A stretch of DNA of 64,000 bases, taken from NCBI GenBank assembly GCA_028706745.1, contig JAQTVM010000007.1, forward strand, positions 7,008 to 71,007, written 5' to 3'. The notes under the pieces were generated by a model, which was given only the letters and a program-made list of their open reading frames with translations, searched no databases and was not told the origin of the DNA. The translations under genes and the position numbers were made by a program. Of the stretch, positions 58,212-64,000 are shown in pieces. The first letter of the stretch is position 1, and every line of letters starts with the position of its first letter. The DNA comes from Candidatus Nanoarchaeia archaeon. Its GTDB lineage: Archaea; Nanobdellota; Nanobdellia; SCGC-AAA011-G17; GW2011-AR17.

Positions 58212-58355
58212 ATGAAAGCCAACAAGAAGACAGAAAAGAAAGTAGCCAAGGACGCAGCTGAAGTTCCGGAAGAAAAAGAGGAAAAGCTTGCGGAAAAAGA
58301 GGAAATGCTGCCGACATTGAAAGGCTCCATGAACTCTTACAACGCGAATTGCTAG
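58212..58355 (+). CDS. 47-aa putative RiPP precursor peptide (not in ORF track)
   Basis: AAGGAGG SD then ATG 12 nt after the rSAM stop; MKANKKTEKKVAKDAAEVPEEKEEKLAEKEEMLPTLKGSMNSYNANC, a K/E-rich leader-like region followed by a short C-terminal core ending in Cys. Confidence 0.5.
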   Translation: MKANKKTEKKVAKDAAEVPEEKEEKLAEKEEMLPTLKGSMNSYNANC

Positions 58356-58356
58356 A

Positions 58357-59067
58357 ATGTGCACATTTGGCATCAAGCTAACTGATAAAAGAAGGTATAT
58401 TTTTAAGAACTTAGATGTTCATAAAGTTATTTTCAGCTATTCTTTGCCTATAATAGACAAGAATGTATTGAAATTCTACATCCCGGGAAAAAATGGCATC
58501 TGGACAGGCATAAACCGGAAAGGCCTGCTTATCCAGACTGCAGAGCATACTGGCAATTTAATCTCAAAATGCAAGATTAACACATGGCCTATTTTTGAAA
58601 GAATGCTTGAGCATTGCAATGATACATATTCAGGTTTGGCATTTCTTATGAGCCGGTTTAAAGAGGCCAAAATGGACCTGCCTGGAAGCATCCTGCTGTC
58701 TGACAGGAATACGTCCATCATAGCAGAGTACTATCCCTCTGTATGGGGCATTAAAATAATAGATGATTGTGATGCAAGAGCAGGGATTTTTGGAGTATTA
58801 ACATCCTTCAATAAAAAGCCCAAGCCTGACAGGGCGCATCTTGCTGTCCGATTAATGTCCAAAATAAAAGATAAAAATGCAGTTGACAGCTTAAAGGCAT
58901 TATGCAGAAAGCATAACATGAAGAATTCTATTTGCCGGCATAAAGGTCCTAATACCAATGGTTCTATCATAATGGATATTTCAGAAAAAGCTGCAATAAT
59001 ACATTATGTTCTTAACAGCCATCCCTGTAAATCTGAGTATAAAAGAATAGTATTTGAATTATACTAG
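58357..59067 (+). CDS. Ntn-hydrolase (C45/choloylglycine-hydrolase-like) with N-terminal Cys nucleophile
   Basis: 236 aa beginning MCTFG… (Cys2 exposed after Met removal, as in Ntn acyl/peptide hydrolases); starts 1 nt after the peptide stop. Confidence 0.55.
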   Translation: MCTFGIKLTDKRRYIFKNLDVHKVIFSYSLPIIDKNVLKFYIPGKNGIWTGINRKGLLIQTAEHTGNLISKCKINTWPIFERMLEHCNDTYSGLAFLMSRFKEAKMDLPGSILLSDRNTSIIAEYYPSVWGIKIIDDCDARAGIFGVLTSFNKKPKPDRAHLAVRLMSKIKDKNAVDSLKALCRKHNMKNSICRHKGPNTNGSIIMDISEKAAIIHYVLNSHPCKSEYKRIVFELY

Positions 59068-59516
59068 TTATTGCAGTTGGGGCAGGTTCCTTCTATGTAC
59101 CTGTCTGATAACTGCCTTTTGCATTCATTGCAGAAGGGAAGGGAGATGCTTTTTTCTATTATATAGCCGTTTTTGTGTATTTTTGCTATTACTTCCTGTG
59201 TTGTCTTGTAGTGTATTGGCTTGCTTGTTCTTGAGAAGTTGTCATAGCTGATGTTAAACCAGTCGTATATATCTTTATGTATCTTGTAGTAGAAATCACA
59301 TAATTCTCTGGGAGTAATGCCGTATTTCTGCGCAGCTATCTCGCTTGCAGTGCCATGCTCATCTGTTCCGCCTATGAAGATGGTTTGATATCCTTGCAGT
59401 CTGTTGTATCTGGCGAAGATGTCAGCTGGGAGATGAGAGCCTACGATGTTTCCTAAGTGTGGTACGTTGTTAGTGTAAGGAAGTGCGGATGTGATTAATC
59501 TTCTTTCCTTAGTCAT
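59064..59516 (-). pseudogene. 5'-terminal 150-codon duplicate of metG (truncated MetRS fragment)
   Basis: MTKERRLITSALPYTNNVPHLGN… about 80% identical to MetRS aa 1-148, ends TCPNCNN*, abutting the convergent hydrolase stop. Confidence 0.7.
59200..59271. repeat. second copy of the 72-nt metG core (see 56375-56446)
   Basis: 71/72 identity. Confidence 0.7.
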
Positions 59517-59599
59517 AAGTGTAGGAAAGAGAGAATAGAGTTTATAAGGTTTATTGGTGGGTTGGGAAAGCCACAGGGCTTGCAGCCCTGAACCCGCCG

Positions 59600-60199
59600 T
59601 TAGCTTTTCTTCAGCATCAGCTCTTTAACCAATGTCAAAAATTCCCTTGCTCTTTTCTCTGATGTTTCTGCCTTTGATTTTATTGCTATCATTCCCATCT
59701 CATATGTGAAATCCCTTCTCTTTCCCATTTCCAGCCTTACTGATTCTATGCTGTTTCTTGCCTCTTCTTCAGCTGTCCTTAAAAGTTCTGACGATTCCCT
59801 TTCGGCAATGCTGTACTGCTCAAGAATGTGCTTTGTGAGCTTCTTGTCGCAGTCAAGAAAATAATACACCAATGCGTGGCAAGTTAATGCGTGGATTCCG
59901 TAATCTGTCTTGATTTTATGGTTATATGCTGCAAGCAATGCTGTTGCTGCATAGAACATTGAATAATATCCTGTGTTAATTGCCCACATGTAGGATTCAT
60001 ATGCCTGCGGAAGATTCAGGAGTTTCTTTGCTTCGCTGCTTTTTGAAAGTTTTATCAATGCAGAGCAGGTTTGCAGCGAAGATTCTGATTTGCTGAGAAA
60101 GAATTCTGCAAATCCGGATTCGGGCTTTACTATTGCGCCTTTCTGGATGAGCCCTGTAATAACTGCCCTTGATTTTTTTATATCCTTGTCTGTCATCAT
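59600..60199 (-). CDS. HEPN-domain protein (paralog of 26137-26763)
   Basis: 199 aa; GYYSMFYAATALLAAYNHKIKTDYGIHALTCHALVYYF parallels the first HEPN. Confidence 0.6.
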   Translation of the reverse strand: MMTDKDIKKSRAVITGLIQKGAIVKPESGFAEFFLSKSESSLQTCSALIKLSKSSEAKKLLNLPQAYESYMWAINTGYYSMFYAATALLAAYNHKIKTDYGIHALTCHALVYYFLDCDKKLTKHILEQYSIAERESSELLRTAEEEARNSIESVRLEMGKRRDFTYEMGMIAIKSKAETSEKRAREFLTLVKELMLKKS

Positions 60200-60786
60200 T
60201 TTGCCATCAGCCTGCAGTAATCCTCAAAGCCTGCAAGAATTATGTGATTGCCTTCAAGCTCATTCACCACGTTCAATCCTTTCTTTTGCCTCATTTCATT
60301 GAAGCTTTCCTCCGAGACTGAACTTATGTGCGTGTTGTATGACAGTGTGCTTAAAGCTGAGTTTGCTTCCTGCTCTGTTTCTTCGGGGTTTTTGGAAACA
60401 AGAAGTATGTCAATGTCGCTGTCTTTTGTTGCTTTTCCTTTTGCATGGCTTCCGAAGAGGATTGCTGTGCAGAATGAAGTGCTTATCTTTTCAAGCTCTT
60501 TTGCAACGAGCTGTATCTTATTGCTGTTTTTGATGAAATCTCTTGTTCTGAGGCTTTCCACGTATGCGTAAAGCGCTGTGTCTGTTTGCAGGTTTATGCT
60601 GCATATGCTGCTGTTGCCCTGCTTTGCTATTGAGAGGATATTTTCTTTTTGCATCTTAATCGCCTCCTCGTAGGCCTGCCTGTAGTTTATTTTTGCGTTT
60701 TTTGAAAGCGCTCTTATTGTATGCGTTTCTTTCGGGCTTGCGAGCATTGTCTTCAGGATTGATATTCTTGAGTTTGTTATTACCAT
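60196..60786 (-). CDS. minimal nucleotidyltransferase with N-terminal wHTH (paralog of 25517-26140)
   Basis: 196 aa; FGSHAKGKATKDSDIDILLVS; 4-nt overlap with the downstream HEPN gene. Confidence 0.8.
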   Translation of the reverse strand: MVITNSRISILKTMLASPKETHTIRALSKNAKINYRQAYEEAIKMQKENILSIAKQGNSSICSINLQTDTALYAYVESLRTRDFIKNSNKIQLVAKELEKISTSFCTAILFGSHAKGKATKDSDIDILLVSKNPEETEQEANSALSTLSYNTHISSVSEESFNEMRQKKGLNVVNELEGNHIILAGFEDYCRLMAK

Positions 60787-61213
60787 TTGTAATAGTATTA
60801 TTACTTTTAGGAATATATAAGCCTTTCGCTCTTTTGCGTTTCTTCTTTATTCCTGTCTCGGCCATTTGCCTTATTATTTCCCTGCTGTATCCGCCTGTAA
60901 GCTCGCCTATGAATTCCTCCGCAGTTATTACCTCTGTTTGCCCCTGTTCCATAAATATCACCTCAATGAAGGCTGAATCTAGTTTGCTATATAAGCCGTG
61001 CGCGTGTGTTTGACGAGTGGCAAGTCGTATGCATATTTCCGGTTAGTGTATGCAGATTTTCAAAGAATTGTTTATTCTTCCGGATTATTCTCGGAGAGAA
61101 ATCCCTGTTTTTTATAGAATTTTTGGAAACCACTTGACACGCGTTCGTGGCAAGTGGAAGGAGGTTGGGGAACTAAGATTGGTTATTAGCTTTCCTTTCT
61201 GCCCAAGCCCGCT

Positions 61214-61861
61214 TTAAGCTCTTGCCAGTGCAATCTCTTTCATGGGGTTTGCAAACGGCGTTTCCGGTGAAATATCCTCAAATCCCATATTCGTGAATCT
61301 TGAATGCAATTCCTGCATTGCCTTTGGCCTTGAATTTGCAGCTTTTTCCATGTCGCACAAAAGGCTGTAAGTGACAAGGCTTTCATTAAAACCCCTGTAA
61401 CCCTTCTTGCTTATGCATCTCTTGCACATGCTGATAAGCCTCAATGCTGACTTCCTGCTGTTTGACAATAGGAGAAAAGCCCTTTTCAAAAGCGCATCAA
61501 ATTCGCTTAAATCCGCTTCTGTTACGCATTTGAGCATGAAATATCCCCTGCCTGCTGTCATTACCTCAAAACCCGGCAGGAAATCGTTTATTGTCTGCTG
61601 CAATTCATCAGGGCTTACTTTTCCAGTAACTTTTATCTCGTCATAGCCGAGCTGGTATGCCTTTATGAGCTTCTCCTTGCTGTATTCCACTGATAATGCC
61701 CTGTCTTCAGGCTTAAGGTTTCCGGCGGTGATTACTACCCTTCCAATGTCCTCACTCATGTCAATCTCCTGACCTTTTTCCAGACCGTGATTCTTTACCC
61801 ATCCAGCAGGCAAAGAAATGACGTATGTCTTCCCGCCCATGAGCATTATGCTTCGTTTCAT
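61214..61861 (-). CDS. AbrB/MazE/SpoVT-type swapped-hairpin regulator with uncharacterised C-terminal domain
   Basis: start at the internal Met with GGGAGA SD; MKRSIMLMGGKTYVISLPAGWVKNHGLEKGQEIDM is an AbrB-like N-terminus. Confidence 0.55.
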   Translation of the reverse strand: MKRSIMLMGGKTYVISLPAGWVKNHGLEKGQEIDMSEDIGRVVITAGNLKPEDRALSVEYSKEKLIKAYQLGYDEIKVTGKVSPDELQQTINDFLPGFEVMTAGRGYFMLKCVTEADLSEFDALLKRAFLLLSNSRKSALRLISMCKRCISKKGYRGFNESLVTYSLLCDMEKAANSRPKAMQELHSRFTNMGFEDISPETPFANPMKEIALARA

Positions 61862-61885
61862 GTTTGTTCTCCCGAGGTATAGAAC

Positions 61886-61902
61886 CTCTAGATGTTCTAG
61901 AG
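61886..61902. promoter_or_regulatory. perfect 7-3-7 palindrome CTCTAGA-TGT-TCTAGAG upstream of the AbrB-like gene
   Basis: seen directly about 25 nt upstream of the start at 61861. Confidence 0.35.
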
Positions 61903-61962
61903 TTGGGGCGGGAAGTATATATTTAAAGGTAAGTTGTAGCAATGAATACTACACAAGAATGG

Positions 61963-62691
61963 CTATTTGGGAACTTTGGCTATTCTCCAAAGGAGATTAA
62001 AATAAGTTCTGTAAGAATCTGCTACATCTTTATCAACAATCTGAATAACTTTTGGGTTTTCTGCCCATATTATCAATGCAACTTCATCGCCGCAGATATG
62101 TGTTGCTACGAGAGATTCGACTTCGATAGGGGCATACTTTGCTTGTGTGTAAGGTAAGCTATTTAGATATTTAATCCTCTCTTTCGCATTAAAATTATAT
62201 ATATGCTTCATTACAACTTTCTGTTTGATCCTAATTTTATGAAAATTCATAATAAAATATTTTGCCATTTCTGGAGCCACTTTTGGGACGCCATAAACTA
62301 AGATCTCATCATTATGCTTCAAAAGCCCATAGAGTATCTTTGGTATTGCATTAATACCCTCAAATATATTTGCAAAGCTTCTTCTTTTTGCCATATCAAA
62401 CCTAGAGTTAAGGCAGGGTAATATGCTCTTTAACTTTAATTCTTTTTCTTTCCAAAAAAGTTCAAGGAATGCCGGATTAGATGCTTGGTAAATCTTTGTA
62501 TCATCTGTTGAAATAACAGATACGATTCCTTTTTCCATGAGTTTTTGTAAAGAATCATATATGTTGGGTCTGTGTATCTTGCATTTTTTGGATATTCCAA
62601 CTACAGATGAAGACCCTATCTCCAATAAGGCTATATAAACCTTAGCTTCGTTTAATGTCATTCCTAAATCCATTAATATATGCTCTTCCAT
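61963..62691 (-). CDS. TrmB-family transcriptional regulator
   Basis: 242 aa; LNEAKVYIALLEIGSSSVVGISKKCKIHRPNIYDSLQKLMEKGIV. Confidence 0.75.
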   Translation of the reverse strand: MEEHILMDLGMTLNEAKVYIALLEIGSSSVVGISKKCKIHRPNIYDSLQKLMEKGIVSVISTDDTKIYQASNPAFLELFWKEKELKLKSILPCLNSRFDMAKRRSFANIFEGINAIPKILYGLLKHNDEILVYGVPKVAPEMAKYFIMNFHKIRIKQKVVMKHIYNFNAKERIKYLNSLPYTQAKYAPIEVESLVATHICGDEVALIIWAENPKVIQIVDKDVADSYRTYFNLLWRIAKVPK

Positions 62692-63989
62692 ATCTCGTAT
62701 TCTCCTTTTAAATCTCTTACTACTTCATCACAAGACATATATCTTTTACTGACATCTTCTTCTACACATTTTGATAGTATCCGGCTTATCTGTTTTGATA
62801 GCCTTTGTTCAATATCTCTTGCAGAACATCCTTTTACAGAGTAATAAGGTGCATTTGTCAATATCTCAAAAGCAACAGCACCCGCTGAATAAATGTCAGA
62901 ACTGACTGTTGTGTTGCTTCCTACTGCTTCTGGTGCTGTATATCCTGGAGGACCACTAAATCCTTTGTCGTTTGCATTTTTACTTTTCGCTAATGAAAAA
63001 TCAATAATCTTCAATTCAAAACCACCGAAAGGAGGATTCCTATAGCCCAATAAGATGTTCTCAGGCTTTATGTCTCTATGAATTAGGTCATTCCTATGAA
63101 TATATGATACCCCATTAAATAGTTCATAAACACGCCATAACCTCATTTCCATCGACTCTTCTAGTATCTCCGCAAATCCGCGCGGGGCATATTCCATTAC
63201 CAAAAATCCTTCTTTGTCGATATTAACCAAGAAATCCTTTACCCCGATTATATTTTGATAAAACATGCTTTTAAGTATATTAGCTTCCTTTTCCAGAAGT
63301 TTTATGTTTCTTGATTTTTTTACAGCAACTATCTCTCCTGTAATGACGTCTTCGGCTTGATATATATCTCCGTGTGCACCAGCGCCCAATTTCCTACATA
63401 AGAGATAGGGATTTAAATGGCAAATAGAATCGGGAGAAATAACTTTCTCTTCTTTTTCAATTTTTTCTTTTGCCGGCAATAATCTTATATCTTCTTTTTG
63501 CTCGAAACCAGATAATGTAAGCTGTGCATCGTCCAACACATCCCCTGAGAATCCTGCTTCATGCAAGGAATCTAATATAGACTTATACCCCTCTTTGAAT
63601 AATGCAATCTCTTCTTTAGATAAATCTATGCTCGGATTTAAAATAACCCGTGCTCGCCTTTCTTTAATCTGTATGGGTAACCCAATAAATAAACCGCCAA
63701 AATAAGCAGAACTGGTTACTGTTTTTCCCTCTTCAGAGATAGAATCTATTACATCTAATATTGCGTCAACAGTTGTTCTTGTTGTAGAAATTCCCCCATC
63801 AATTTGCCTTTTTGCATAATCTGATACTTCTTCCCTCAATTCCCTATATCTATTTATAACAAATTGGGCTTCTTTTCCTTTAATCCGCAACTTACTTATC
63901 AAAGGGAAAGCAGATTCGTTATGAGGTCCGATAGAATAATATCCTGTTATGTCTTCTAAATCAACGATATCGCCCATCTCTTCGTACAA
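62673..63989 (-). CDS. eukaryotic-like (Hanks-type) Ser/Thr protein kinase with N-terminal uncharacterised domain
   Basis: 438 aa; G-loop GAGAHGDIY, VAVK, catalytic loop HRDIKPENILL, DFS (DFG-variant), TAPE; overlaps the TrmB gene start by 19 nt. Confidence 0.8.
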   Translation of the reverse strand: MYEEMGDIVDLEDITGYYSIGPHNESAFPLISKLRIKGKEAQFVINRYRELREEVSDYAKRQIDGGISTTRTTVDAILDVIDSISEEGKTVTSSAYFGGLFIGLPIQIKERRARVILNPSIDLSKEEIALFKEGYKSILDSLHEAGFSGDVLDDAQLTLSGFEQKEDIRLLPAKEKIEKEEKVISPDSICHLNPYLLCRKLGAGAHGDIYQAEDVITGEIVAVKKSRNIKLLEKEANILKSMFYQNIIGVKDFLVNIDKEGFLVMEYAPRGFAEILEESMEMRLWRVYELFNGVSYIHRNDLIHRDIKPENILLGYRNPPFGGFELKIIDFSLAKSKNANDKGFSGPPGYTAPEAVGSNTTVSSDIYSAGAVAFEILTNAPYYSVKGCSARDIEQRLSKQISRILSKCVEEDVSKRYMSCDEVVRDLKGEYEIWKSIY

Positions 63990-64000
63990 ATCCTGGATTA

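Larger units (their letters stand above)
56695..59063. mobile_element. putative integrated cassette (rSAM-SPASM + precursor peptide + Ntn-hydrolase) flanked by metG and a metG 5' duplicate
   Basis: inferred from the duplicated metG 5' segments and the shared 72-nt core; no integrase or transposase present. Confidence 0.35.

Noticed and set aside
60656-60961. 101-aa minus-strand ORF overlapping the start of the MNT gene 60196-60786
   Set aside because: Its C-terminal 43 codons overlap the nucleotidyltransferase gene in another frame. Only the upstream 58 codons could be independent. There is no motif and the coding evidence is weak, so it is not called.
1-64000. CRISPR arrays, rRNA genes, transposases or integrases
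   Set aside because: No regularly spaced identical repeats, no rRNA-like conserved blocks, and no ORF with a recognisable DDE, tyrosine-recombinase or serine-recombinase motif were seen. The only mobility signature is the metG duplication.

Overview
This is a 64-kb chromosomal segment that reads as archaeal, probably from a small-genome (DPANN-like) lineage. GC content is roughly 40 percent, coding density is high, and Shine-Dalgarno-like sites (GGAGG/GGTGA/GGGGGT) sit in front of many starts. The archaeal call rests on a topoisomerase VI B/A operon, an archaeal-type D-aminoacyl-tRNA deacylase (DtdA) and peptidyl-tRNA hydrolase (Pth2), several TrmB-family regulators, and two tRNAs (Tyr, Ile) with anticodon-loop introns. 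Housekeeping genes include SMC, MetRS, RNase HII, translin, a HIT protein, a PfkB kinase, two B12/SPASM radical SAM enzymes, an S2P protease, an ABC exporter, an alcohol dehydrogenase, an eIF2B-like sugar-phosphate isomerase and a PIG-L deacetylase plus glycosyltransferase pair. Between these sit many toxin-antitoxin or defence modules: two paralogous nucleotidyltransferase(MNT)-HEPN pairs, RelE/ParE with duplicated antitoxin-like genes, VapBC, AbiEi/AbiEii, UPF0175-PIN, and RHH/PIN genes. The most striking locus is at 56.4-59.5 kb. A three-gene cassette (radical SAM-SPASM enzyme, a 47-aa K/E-rich precursor-like peptide, and an N-terminal-Cys Ntn-hydrolase) lies between intact metG and a 150-codon duplicate of the metG 5' end. 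The two metG copies share a 72-nt near-identical core inside otherwise diverged sequence. That pattern fits Campbell-type (single-crossover) integration of a small RiPP-like element into metG. Other oddities: tandem degenerate tRNA-Ile 3'-half remnants, a FlaI/GspE N-domain-only protein, tandem HEXXH paralogs, a 44-bp tandem repeat with a dispersed 14-mer, and a GC-rich structured region followed by a 41-aa lysine-rich micro-ORF downstream of smc. No rRNA, CRISPR array, transposase or integrase was recognised.
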